A stretch of 63,370 nucleotides of DNA, counting the filler, from Hausera hauseri (lineage: Eukaryota): assembly GCA_046269625.1 (NCBI GenBank). It is 12 parts of 12 records of this genome, joined end to end, with 100 filler letters (N's around TTAATTAATTAA, not from the genome) between each part and the next. Parts side by side here need not be neighbours in the genome. Positions count along the whole stretch, not along the records: positions 47,073 to 54,458 come from JBJURY010018232.1; positions 54,559 to 58,880 come from JBJURY010635330.1; 10 more parts are not named here. The stretch is one strand, 5' to 3'. Made by a program: the position numbers and the translations under genes. The notes under the pieces were generated by a model. That model ran no database searches, was not told where the DNA came from, and saw only the letters and a list, made by a program, of their open reading frames with translations. Of this stretch, positions 47,073 to 58,980 are shown piece after piece (the stretch's first letter is position 1; every line of letters begins with the position of its first letter).

Positions 47073-49777
47073 AACAACGTCAAAATCAACGAAGCATGCT
47101 GACGCAACACCAAATACGCTTTACCGCACAATTCCATAAACATCTGGAACCTTTCACTGGCCAACGGTTTTTTACAGCCATCGGCAACGACGACGATAAA
47201 GTCCTCCGTCAACACAAACTGCACCTGTTCCCGATTGATACCCAATTTCCATTTGACGTTATTCAGAATGTGTCCAAAGTCAATATGGAATAATTGACCT
47301 TGTTTGTTGACCATAATATTATCCGGATATCGATCACGAATACCCAACACAAATGTCGCCACTGAATAACCGGCGCAACTCCGCGTGAACGTATAGATAG
47401 CCTTCTGTTGGAGTTCCAATGTATTGTTATGATTTTGGATACATTTGTAAAGTGACATGTTGTTGATTTGTATTGTTGATGACAAATACGTTTTCTGAAT
47501 AGACATAACCGTTTTAGCATCTTTCACTGCCTCAATAACGCCGGTATCTTTCCCCGTTGCCAGACAACCGTACGGTAACAATTTCATATCCTGGAATTGA
47601 CGTTTCCAAATGTAATCGAAAATCGCAAACAACTGCAACGTCAACATGTCCTGTCGTAGATCGTCACCGTGTTTGAAAATGTATTTTGGATTCGTTTCAC
47701 CGAATTCATCCGTACTGCTCCATTCCAGAAAAAACGGTCGTTTCTTCGATTTCTTCACGTCGCATCTGTCGACAATCAACGAACCCAGTTTTTCAATCGG
47801 CCGCAACAAACAGTAAATGTTCTCACACAATTTTCTCGACTCATTCGTCCGGAGATTTTCCTTGAGAAAGTGCAACTGTTTATCGTCGGGATATTTCTTG
47901 ATATGTTTGTTCAAATCCACCAGATTCTCAATGGCTCGACATTGCGGCAACAGAATCGTTTGGAAATTCCAATATCCCCGACATAATGATTCCAACAAAA
48001 TCCCGAAATAAATCTTCACCGAATCGTTGTCCATTTCCGATTTCAAATACCAAAATAATTTCTGTTCGATGGATTTGTTGCGCAGTGCGTATCGCAACAG
48101 AAACGTGGCCAAATCGTTACAGAAATACGACTCGTATTTCAGTGCTTGAATCAACTGTAACAAATAAATACTGAGATNNNNNNNNNNNNNNNNNNNNNNN
48201 NNNNNNNNNNNNNNNNNNNNNNNNNNNNNNNNNNNNNNNNNNNNNNNNNNNNNNNNNNNNNNNNNNNNNNNNNNNNNAAACGTGGCCAAATCGTTACAGA
48301 AATACGACTCGTATTTCAGTGCTTGAATCAACTGTAACAAATAAATACTGAGATCGGATTCGGCGAATATATTGCCGAAATTTTTCACGGAAAAATTCCG
48401 CAGTTTACCGTCGAAATAATTCCCGCTCAACAATTGAAACGACGATTCCAGACTGATTTGCGACCAGTTTACGAGAAGCGAATAGAACAACGACACTTCC
48501 GAACGGTTTATCCAGCGAATTGAGCGAGCTAATCGCGGTAAACTGTCGGGCACAAAACGGCATAGTTCTCTATTCGTACGAAGAAAATCCAAATTCTGTT
48601 CGGATATTTCCGATAAGAATTCTTTACTGACGATCTGTTTGATTTTTAATAGAATCGGATCGGTCGGATTGGATTCTTTTAGAACGACGTGCGTCGGTTC
48701 GTCGTAAGACTTATTTCGTAAATTGCTAAATTCCACCGACAGAATGGCATTGGTCAGATTGCTGAACGAATGCGGTAATCCGCACGGATAGAAATAACTG
48801 CTATCCGTCGTCCGATACAGATTCAAATCAAACAATCCGTGCACCAAACAGCTGCAATAATCGAACACATTCATATTTGCCCAGCCCAGAACGATTTCAT
48901 TGCCTTGTCGATCACTTTTCTGCACGAGTGCTACGCAGAATCGAGAATTTCTCGACAGATTGTTGTACTCAATGTCGAACGTCAATTTCGCATTCCAGAC
49001 AGGACGATCAGCTGCAACCGATTCGGTTTTAACGTCCGTTCCCAACATGCAAGTCATTCCGCAGAACAATGCAGCACGAACGTACACTTTGGCAATATCT
49101 TTACTGATTAACTGGGCGCATTTGACAATGAACGAGAAACAATTCTGATTATCGATTTTGTGTTTTCGACTAACTTCCGGTACATTTCGATAGAAATACT
49201 GCGGAAACGAAAATGCATTGACACTGAAGTTTATTAGCTTTTCGAATGGATACAGACTCAATACAGGCATTTCATCGTTGTAAAGACAGGCTTGAACGTA
49301 ATCGTAATGAATGAGACTATTCTCATGATTTATTAAATAACTATCATACGACGAAACTTTGAGAACGTACAATCGTGAACGCAATTCCGCGTCTGTTTGA
49401 TTGTCCACTTTGTACTCTCGACATCTTAACAAAATTGTAACGATAACTTCGCCCACCTTCGAATTTTTTGGCAAACACAGTTGTTTCTTAACAACACTCG
49501 AACGCGTGTTGTACATTGTTAAAATACGCAAACTATCCATTTCTTGTAGAATTTGCCGTGTCGATAACGTAATCAACTCGTTGTAATCCGCAGAATATTG
49601 GAGCATGACGATGTTACCTTTATCACACGTTAAATTTTCGTATTCCTCTTTGGCAATTTGCAAATAATATTTCCGTGCAAACAACAATTCCGAAGACCAT
49701 AATTCATTGGTGTTATTTTTCTGACACCAGTTTCGTGTTATTAGGTTAAACACAAATGCACGATTAAACGAATCCAT
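47073..49777 (-). CDS. Class I phosphoinositide 3-kinase catalytic subunit (p110-like), C-terminus truncated, internal gap
   Basis: RBD-like, C2 (PVWN..L.FDI....L.R.SR), helical (YLLQLIQALKYE, LFWYLKSE) and kinase (SKKRP, FKHGDDLRQDMLTLQ, PYGCLATG, SCAGYSVATFVLGI.DR, FHIDFGH) domains. Confidence 0.93.
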
Positions 49778-50216
49778 AACAGTATAATCCAAAAGAAATA
49801 TCTCGCTGAAACAGATTATCTTTATTTTCAAGTTTCAAAAAAAACCATTGAATCATTAAATCAATATTATGCTACCATGAAACATATTTCTATATACACA
49901 TGTCTTTATATTTATATATACAAAATCACGCAGATTAACACACAATGAGTATCGAATTTTAAAACGATCATACCAAAACAAACACAAAATAAAAAAAACG
50001 CCAAACGATTGTCGAAATAAGTGTTACACATAAACAGAGAGAATGAAATACAACGTAGATACAGTTAACAAGATCAACGTAGACTAATTTAAAATAAAAA
50101 TGAGATAAAATGAGCAAAGGAGAGAGATGAGATTTATTAACAAACGTTCTGGCTAGCGTCTAATGTTTTGAACGTACGAGACGATGTTATTGATGGGTCT
50201 ATTTACTGACAATTAT

Positions 50217-50464
50217 AGTTTCATTCCAATTGTAGTTTCGCATGAGATTTGATATGATAGTGTTCTTCTGACTGCTAAGAGGCAAGATTGAAGAAGTGTG
50301 AAATGACGTAATTTTTTGATTGTCGGATATTGACGAAAATCAGTTTCATTCCAATTGTAGTTTCGCATGAGATTTGATATGATAGTGTTCTTCTGACTGC
50401 TAAGAGGCAACATTGAAGAAGTGTGAAATGACGTAATGTTTTTGATTGTAGGATATTGACAAAA
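50217..50464. repeat. Tandem duplication, 125-bp unit x2
   Basis: AGTTTCATTCCAATTG... at 50217 and 50342, near-identical. Confidence 0.9.
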
Positions 50465-51869
50465 AGGACCCGCGAGGGACTCGAGCGCCCCCACGGCCAC
50501 GGCACCACACATGTGCTAGCAATATGTGTCACGTTGTGTTTCATTTCTTCATTGTCAATACACACACGCACTTCATCGCTCAGCGAACAAATCATTCTCC
50601 TTGTGAGTAACAGTAGTAGAAGTACTCAATTATGAGTTCGTCATACAAAGTAAAATTCACACAACTTTTTACTAAGCGAATGAACGAACGACTATGATGA
50701 TGATTTTGACTTTTAACAATGTGTTTTATTTTTGTTTCTTTTTTCATTTTTCGTTGCATTTTTCACCCGGAATCCATTGGTTTGATCGTGAGGCGACTAT
50801 AATATGAAATCCTCAATTACCGATGGGCTACGTGCTCAACACATTTCCATAACCAGCAGACTTAAACAAGGGGAAATTTTTAGAGTTTGAAATTTCCCCA
50901 TCAATTTTTCTCCAGGTTCCCACGGTCAGAAACGTTGAAATTGTGAGCATTCGATTCCCCAACATTGATTTAACATTTTCACCAAACATGGCGCAATTCG
51001 TAACTAGTGTCTTGTTTATCATAAAACATTTCCTGTTTTGCTTCTTTTTCTTCTAGCGCCACCCAGTAAAATTTTCAATTCTCGCCGCGCTAGAAAATTT
51101 TTCTCGTCTCATCCAGTTCTACCGATTTCCGCTGGTGACATGTGCGACATATGATTGATGCTTCCGGCTGGGGTGGGTCTGCGACCACAAAACATGAAAT
51201 GCTCGGAATTGCGAGATAGGTGGAGAAATGTTGGTCCCGAGTCGATCTGTGCACTTTTTGGGAAATGCGATAGAGCTTACACTTCTACCTACTTGAATCA
51301 AATAAGAGAATGTTTGAACAATTTTATTCAAACAAGCGATTTGGAAAACATCCTGTAGTGTTTTACGTTAAATAAAAACACTATTTTAAACAATTGTAGT
51401 TTTTTCAGTCATCCCAGCAAAATATTAGTTTTGAAACATATAGAGTTGAAATAATTGAGTGAATATAAGCCGCTACTGATGTCAAAACAATTTTTCATAG
51501 TTACTTAACAATATTTATGTTTGTTATTACTTTAGATTCATTGTCTGGGAAAACACAAGACCGCTAAATTGTAATCAAATATTTGTTGAGTTAGAAAAAA
51601 GTCATCCAATGAATTTTAACAGATGATCTGGCACTTTTGGTGTTTTGTACAAGCAGCTATGCTGAGTTCGAAAATGTATAACAAAAAAATTTACAGTTAG
51701 TGGAACACCTCCTTTTTTCTTGCCAAATATATAAAAAATCATGTTTTTGACAGAAATTTTCTACGTATATACCGGAGTTTAATAAATACCAGTATATCAG
51801 TTCCTTATAATATCTGTAAGACTTACTGTTAGACAATAAAAATAAAAACATTTCACTTATCAGATTTAT

Positions 51870-54030
51870 TTCTTGTGCGGTAAAAAAATCTTGCTTCATC
51901 TGAAATGATGGCATGAAGTTTCTGGACATGATGACTGCTACAATGTAGCTATCCCTTGTATCCATCCGGTAGACTGATTTTGATGCCTCACGCATTGTTC
52001 TAACACAGCATTTGACTTCCTGAGAGTGACACGGTATCAGACTGATAAAGGGCTGCATGAGAAACTGCTGAAGTTCTTGATCAGGCGTTTTCTGTAAGAC
52101 GTGATTCAGGGGTGAGTTCGTCCACTTATGGCAGTAAGTCTTGCAATGTTCGCGCATTTGCAGTTATTTTGGGAGGTCGAGATTTTCTGGCTAGCTGGGC
52201 TAGCCACCAGCTGCTTGGAGAATGGATTTGATTATATATGCTGTGGCCTTTATATTGACTTCAAAATCATGTCCAATCTTTGACAAAAGAACATTTTCCA
52301 GGTGGGTTCAGTAAGTGTTCCGTTGCACTACATGCCATATTACATTTCTGCTATATTACATTACTCTGTTGCTTAATTTGATCAAGGAAGTGCTTTGGCC
52401 CATCAGTGCACCGTAAGTAACACTTGATGTTGAATCATGATTACCCGTAAAGGTACACAATAAATTGTGTCAGGGAATACAGTTTGTTGCATTGTTCTGC
52501 TGTTGCCACATACATCCGACATATTCTGCTAGCCGTTGTGAGCCACCTGACCATCCGGATGGCTCAGGCTTTTCTTATAAATTATCATTGATACTTTCAC
52601 TTTAAATATCTGTGATCATTGTGTACATGTTGGCTTTATCATTACTAAGTTCACAGAGATAGATTTTTGTAATGCATTGAAATCATGTCGCAGGAACTCG
52701 CAATGATGTACAAATTGCTAATACATTAAAAATTTGGCCTTTCTATGTGGGTCTTTCAGTTTGTCCGATGAGCGTTTTGCAGAGATGGCAGAATGGAGGC
52801 TTTTTCAGAAGTAAGGAGCAAATGAACCAGTTCAAAGGACGACCAGTGTAAAGTGTATTGCTCCATCATCATATCTGGTGTTCACGACTATGCTATCAGC
52901 TCCAGCAGTCATGATCGTGTTTGTAATTACCATGTTTTCAATTGCACGGTGAATGCTATCAGAAATAGCAGCGCCTGTACTCGTTTCAGTGTTAGATGAC
53001 GCAGATAAAAAGTTCCAGACTAGTGATCTTCAGTTTTCTTCATACCATACCACTTATCTCCCTTTGTCTCTCACTAGCGTCGTGTCTTTCCGCGCTTAAA
53101 AAATATTGCCGTGATTTGTTCCTCAGCATTGATAGGATTTGTACCCATGTTCCTTCTCAACTGTTGTCGGGCTGTCTATACTTTATGATCTTCGACGACA
53201 TTGATTTGTTCTTCTAGGCTACTAATGTCACACTCTACCAATTTAGCTGTGCTGATGGGCGCAGCAGCACAGTTTTGACATTTAGTATCGGTTTGCTTCT
53301 AGTACAACAGTTGGTATTGGAACAATATTCCTGTCCTGCTTTTGGGAGGACCAACCCACTCGTCATCTTCATTGTCATCGTTGTCATCATTGTCGTTATT
53401 GCCATCATCGTCGTCGTTGTTATAGTCATTACCATTAACATTATCAGCCTCTTTCATATTGGTACTCAATAAAACTGTCTTTATTTGCCATCCTCCTTCT
53501 TTCTTAATTTACTCTATCTATCATCATATCTTCGCTTGCTTGTTTTCATTTCATACTTGCTGTCACTTTCTTATGAATGGTACTAATTTAAATTTGCCAT
53601 GTAGTTCTCTGGTGCATTAGAAAGTGTCGTTTTCGCTGTTCAACTTTCATGGCTCTTTTACATCTGCATGCACCGAAGTCCTGACATTGGCGGGCAGCAA
53701 TATCAAGCAGCTGATTCAGAGTTTCTACGAAAGGTACTGTCTTTCAGCCTCATTGGTTTTCTTTGATGTTTGTGCACCATCGTCCATTAATCTGGACACC
53801 TTGAGCTTCACATTATTCAGTGCTTGTGATGGAATTCCAGCACGAGTCCACAGATCTATCGGCATCTGTGAAACTTGGGGAACAATGTCATTGTTGCTTG
53901 TGTATTTACTCTCCTTCATGGAAAGAAAAAGACGGAAACTTGCAAACGAGTTGGTAGTTCAATCAAGTGTAGTTTTGAAAACGGAACACCAAAGGTAATA
54001 TGACAGGAAGCCGATTTTTTCTTTATGGTA
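51870..54030 (-). pseudogene. hAT-like DNA transposase remnant
   Basis: RPLNWFIC, RWLTTASRI...YVAT, IPCHSQ.V...V....EAS..V.....RD..I....SR..MP.F; acidic low-complexity insert; superfamily assignment tentative. Confidence 0.6.
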
Positions 54031-54558
54031 CTCATTATATCACAAAAAATATCTAAAACAAGTGAAATAGAAACATGTGGGTAAGATTAATTTATTGGTT
54101 TTAATGCAAAAATTAGCATTTGTATTATTATAGTAATTGCTAAAAGACTTACTGAAAAGATTTTACTATACCAGTGAGCAAAACACCTCCTTCACTACTG
54201 TGATCGACAAGAAATGCCATTCAGAATGATGATATTTTATGTTCACGGAACAAAGCACTTTAACATTTTAATGTCAGTTTCCTTCCATTTTGTGATAACA
54301 ATGGAGGTGTTCCGCTCATTGTAGAGAAAGATCTTTTTTATATTTCAATAACAACAACGTCACTTTCCGAACCAGAGATTGACAGTGATGAATATCAACA
54401 GTCCGAACATTCAAAAGAACAGTCCACAAGTACTATTAAGAAGTATAAACCAAGTCTTNNNNNNNNNNNNNNNNNNNNNNNNNNNNNNNNNNNNNNNNNN
54501 NNTTAATTAATTAANNNNNNNNNNNNNNNNNNNNNNNNNNNNNNNNNNNNNNNNNNNN

Positions 54559-57340
54559 ATACTTTCACTTTCACTTCCGCTTCTGGTCTATTTTTCAATA
54601 GTTTGGCTGTATGCCGTATTTTCACTAGATAATTTGGTCAAGGTTGGAATCAATTTCCTTAACCTATCCTCACTTATATTTATTTTCAACACACTGCTTA
54701 GTTCCTTTTCGGCTATTGTAGAGTCAAGTAACATTTTTACGTTGAATTTCGTCTTCTAAGTGCCAATAGGCGACTCATAAATTTGTACTGGAATTCTTTG
54801 ACTTTGCTCGTTTAAACTTTGGAGGTATTCCTCCCATTCGACATCATTTTCCATGTCGGGCAATTCATATTTCACTAATACCGCATGTCCCACCTGGACT
54901 CTTTCGCATAATTTTCTTAACTGTGGCTGCAATGTTTTCATAATGGATACCTTAAATCCATCTCCGTTCCCGCAAGCTTGTTGTATCAGTTTTCTTAATT
55001 GGCACATTTCTACTGGTTGTATCAAGGCTTTCTCTTGATAATTAGTCACTTCCGCAATTCTGTCTCTGCCATCTTTGTATAAATTCCATTTTGTCGTTAA
55101 TTTCAGATCCCGTAAGTGAATACTTGTTGTTATAAACTTGTGTTTCTCTTAGTAATTCGTTTAGCTCGCGTTGTCTTTTCTCGGAGCGTAACCGTTTTTT
55201 TTATCAGACGTATCCGATTTATTAGTCTTTTTGCTACTACTTCGCCAATTTCTACTATTTCGGTTAAAAGTAGGATTAATATGTGTGTTTGATTTAATAC
55301 TTTGGCGTCCGAATCTATTGCATCTATTAGCCTGCTTATGAACTTGGCTTTATTGCTCGTCAACTTAGGATCATTTCTAATTTCTGTTAGTTAGATGTGG
55401 CAATGTAGATCAAAACCAGGTATCCATTCTGCTGGATTCTGTAAATATTGTAAGGTTTGCACCAGAGCAATCCGGTGATCATTGCATGCTTCCAATGTAT
55501 CTATTTCCTGTACTGAGGTTTCCTTCAACGGTTTTTGCATTAAGTTCTGTATCCCTTCCCAACGGATGTTTGCTAAACTTCGCTGAAGATTATTTAGCTT
55601 GTTTCTTTTTCTATGGAATTCCTTCTCCTCTATCATACTATATATCTCTGTTAATGTTGTTTGATTTTGATCCTTGCTCATAATTTTAAGTTTTCGGAAT
55701 GATTCGAATTTAATTCGCAATTTTGCTTCATCTTCCATCGTACCGATATCTAGTAACATTTCTTCTAATTGGTGTTTCATTATAGGCCCAGCTATGGCGA
55801 ATTCTTTTAGTCTTTCATTTATTATCCCTGCTACGGAAGGTAACAAATCTATCCACTTCCTTATTTGTTTATATATTGCCGGTTTAGTGTAGATTATTTC
55901 ATCTAATATCTTGAGACCTTCTTTTAGTTAATGATCTGGTCCTCGTACAAACTCTATAATATGTTTCATGTAGTTGAATTTTTCTTTGTATTCGTCTAAT
56001 TCGGGAAGACAAGCACGTGTTATTCTCTGTGCTTCTACTTTTTCAGAAGAAACTACATCGATTTTTAAGTCTTTGATTTTGGTTCGTATTTCATTTTCTC
56101 TTTCAATGCGTATTTCCAAATCTAGATATTGTCAAGGGCTATCCTTTATCAGGCTGCACATTGCTATTAAAGAGGGAATACCGATTGGGTCTATACCCAA
56201 TATCTCTAATTCAGTATTAATTAGCTCGTAGACCGGCTTGTTATGCAGATAAGAAATTATCGCATCTTTGATCTCATGCATCAGTCCTTCTAAATTACTC
56301 CGTACACTTTTTAGTTTTGGGTTGTCTTTTAGAGCGCTTAAAAATACTCGCGCTTGATTAACCTGATCGAGAAAAGGCTCATTTCTATTCCACCATATTT
56401 TCGTAAAATCGATCCCACTGTTTGTCCATAGCTCTAATTTATTTTGCCAATTTCCTATCCAGTCTTGCGGCGTTTCTTGGAGTTCGCAAGGTGTGCTTTC
56501 TTCCTCATTCTGGAGGCCGGTTTTAAACTTTTTATATAACTTTTCTATGAACTGCTGTTCTTTTCCGAAGATATCCAACTGTTTGCTCATCAAGCTCTCA
56601 TTTAGCCTTTCAAAATCATTCAGTGCGTTTCTTATTTCATTTAATTCTTTTGCATTTTTTCAAGATTTTTTAATCTTCCCAAACTTAAGAGACTTTTCTT
56701 CTTTTGCTTCCTCTTCGCGAGGTGGTAATGGACATATTTCATTAATTTCATAGATATTTGGAATATTTGTTGTCTCCGGGGCGTCTTGGATTATAACAGG
56801 AGTATTTAACTCTGTTTCATCTCTTAAAGTGATAGTAAAGTTTTCCTCCTTTTCTACCTCCTTTTTAATAGGAGATCGAAACAAGTTCCTGACCTTCTCC
56901 TAAGAGAAGGGCTTCTGCCTCTATTTTTGGTTATTTTGAGTATTAATGGCCCAATGAATTCACTCTCGACCTCGTCTGTCCTTTTATCCTTATTTTGGAA
57001 TACAATTTCGGTATCTACGTCCAAGTCTACACTTGAAGGCGTAGTCGGTTTCCCATCCTGCGCTACTTGATTTAGGTTTCTCTTCCTAGCCATATTAGTA
57101 TTCTTAGGTGCTATAGCATTTTTATGCTCCGTTTTTGGTTCTCTTAACCCAAGATAAACTTCCATTTGCTACAACTTTTCTTCGTACTCCTTCCTGGCAT
57201 TGATTACTTGCGGATTATTAGATTCACCCATATTTCTTACGTACCTTCATAAATCCTGAATCTCGATAATCATGCTTATGTCATCTCGTTTTCCATAGAT
57301 TCCTTCCAAGTTATCCTTTATTGTGCTAGCTTTACTAGTC
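54559..57340 (-). pseudogene. Long helical/coiled-coil region between gag and the presumed protease
   Basis: Chain of same-strand K/E/L-rich ORF fragments; ends with NRPEAEVKVK, resembling a retropepsin N-terminus at the contig edge. Confidence 0.55.
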
Positions 57341-58390
57341 TATGAAAACGATACACTTCGCGGATTAGGACATGATCTAGCTATATGTCTTTCTTTACCA
57401 CATGAATAAAAAATCAAATTTCCGTCTCGGCCGATCCTTTGTCGTCCATCTTCATTCACTGGTGATTTGGATCTACCTATTGTTTTGTTTTGAGCTTGCT
57501 TGTCGATTCCGTTATTTCTATTTTTGAAACTCCGATTATCTATATATCGGTTCTTATTGTTTCGGTCATTATTTTGGTTCCTATTCGAAATATAACTTGT
57601 TTTCTTATATGGATTATAGGTGCTCCGATTATCACTGAAGTTCCTATTATCGTATCTCGTACCTCGATTAGTGGCGTTTTGCGCTCTATTCTCATAAACT
57701 CGATCCTTATTATTATAGTTAAATCTTCTATTGTTTCGGTTTCTATCCCGAGTATCTCGATCGTTATTTTGGTCATGCCTATCACTCTGTCTAGCGTATA
57801 TATCTAATGCCACTTCTAAGTTTTGAACCAACTGTAATGCAGTCTCGAAGTTGTCTGGTCGAGATAAAATTAGTTGCTTGACTAAATCTCTGGACCATAT
57901 ACAGTTTATTAACTGAGTTGTCATCATGATATCTAAATCTGGTGGACTAGCTTTTCTGCTGCTTTGCGTTTTGCGTCTGTCTTTGCCTTTGCCGCATTAG
58001 CTATCCTTAATGTACTCACGTAACTATTAGCAAGCTTCTTTAGTGCGAATGCGAATTGAGTGACCGATTCACCTTTTTGTTGCGTTCTGTTTTGGAAGGC
58101 CATAAGCTTTTGTTGTTGCGTTACCGTCGGCAAAAGTTTACAGTCCAGGGCTTTTACTACTGAGGGCAATGATTTCTTTTCTTCATTGGTGAGTTCGCTG
58201 TAGGTGTCTGCAGCCAAGTTTTTTAAGTATAATGACAATCGTTTAATCATAACTTCAGGTGCAAGACTGGCACCTTCTGCATGTAATCTATAAGTCCTTA
58301 AAAAGTCGTTTAACCCATCTGGGTCTCCGTCATATTCCGGTAAATTCAAAGAATTGTACGTGAATAGATAAAGTTATCCGCTGCCATCTT
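57340..58390 (-). pseudogene. Ty3/Gypsy gag
   Basis: LPEYDGDP..L..FL..Y, L.LYL...A...Y, R.QQKGESV.QFA..LK.LA, P..FE.A, N/R-rich linker, knuckle (F)YSCGKERHIARSC. Confidence 0.88.
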
Positions 58391-58747
58391 AAACTTGTTT
58401 GGTTTGTCTACTTTAATTTTATGAGGAGCATTAAATTCCTTAACGGATATTAGTTCAGTGTCGGATAAATAATGCTTATCGATTATCTTTTCTTCTATAT
58501 AAAGTTTATTTCGAGTTTTCCTTTGATTCAATTTCTTTATACCGTTTACTAATAAATTTTTACAGGCGTTAAACCTATCAATCTTTGCTCTCAGATTAAT
58601 CTTTACTTATTTTCTTCCCAACCACTTATAATCCCAAGTTTGAACTCTTTACTAGTAACGTATAACAATTATTTGGTGTAAGTGGCGCTATTCACTCGCA
58701 TGTCTTTAATTGACTCTCAAAAGTAATGTCTAGCAAAGTGCAAACTG

Positions 58748-58764
58748 CCTTGCCAGGGTCGCCA
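58748..58764 (-). promoter_or_regulatory. Primer-binding site TGGCGACCCTGGCAAGG (probably tRNA-Arg)
   Basis: TGG start 4 nt inside the LTR end ...TGTAACA; TGGCGA(C/T)C is complementary to tRNA-Arg-type 3' ends. Confidence 0.75.
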
Positions 58765-58768
58765 AATA

Positions 58769-58880
58769 TGTTACAGTTGGGATGGCCTTTATCGTCGCCC
58801 ACTATAACAATGTTTTCACGATAATTTATTCCTTTAGTGTGCAGGTTATGACTATTTGTTCTCAAATAGTCTGCTTGTAC
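58769..58880 (-). mobile_element. 3' end of a 5' LTR
   Basis: Reads ATTGTTATAGTGGGCGACGATAAAGGCCATCCCAACTGTAACA, matching 19805-19847. Confidence 0.85.
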
Positions 58881-58980
58881 NNNNNNNNNNNNNNNNNNNN
58901 NNNNNNNNNNNNNNNNNNNNNNNNTTAATTAATTAANNNNNNNNNNNNNNNNNNNNNNNNNNNNNNNNNNNNNNNNNNNN

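Noticed and set aside
48101-48354. Apparent internal duplication in the PI3K helical domain
   Set aside because: Identical ~77-nt sequences flank a 100-N gap; an unmerged contig overlap
50217-50464. 125-bp repeat considered as CRISPR-like or a satellite
   Set aside because: Only two adjacent copies, no spacers, eukaryotic context
53235-53472. Met/Thr-rich and Ile/Val-rich TM-like ORFs
   Set aside because: Off-frame readings of a degenerate trinucleotide tract encoding an Asp/Asn-rich stretch in the transposase remnant
54700-54745. MLLDST as the retropepsin active site
   Set aside because: Lacks the D[ST]G glycine and downstream protease motifs; the protease more likely begins at the contig edge
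57490-57807. Ile-rich ORFs on both strands
   Set aside because: Shadow frames of the N/R/D-rich Gag linker
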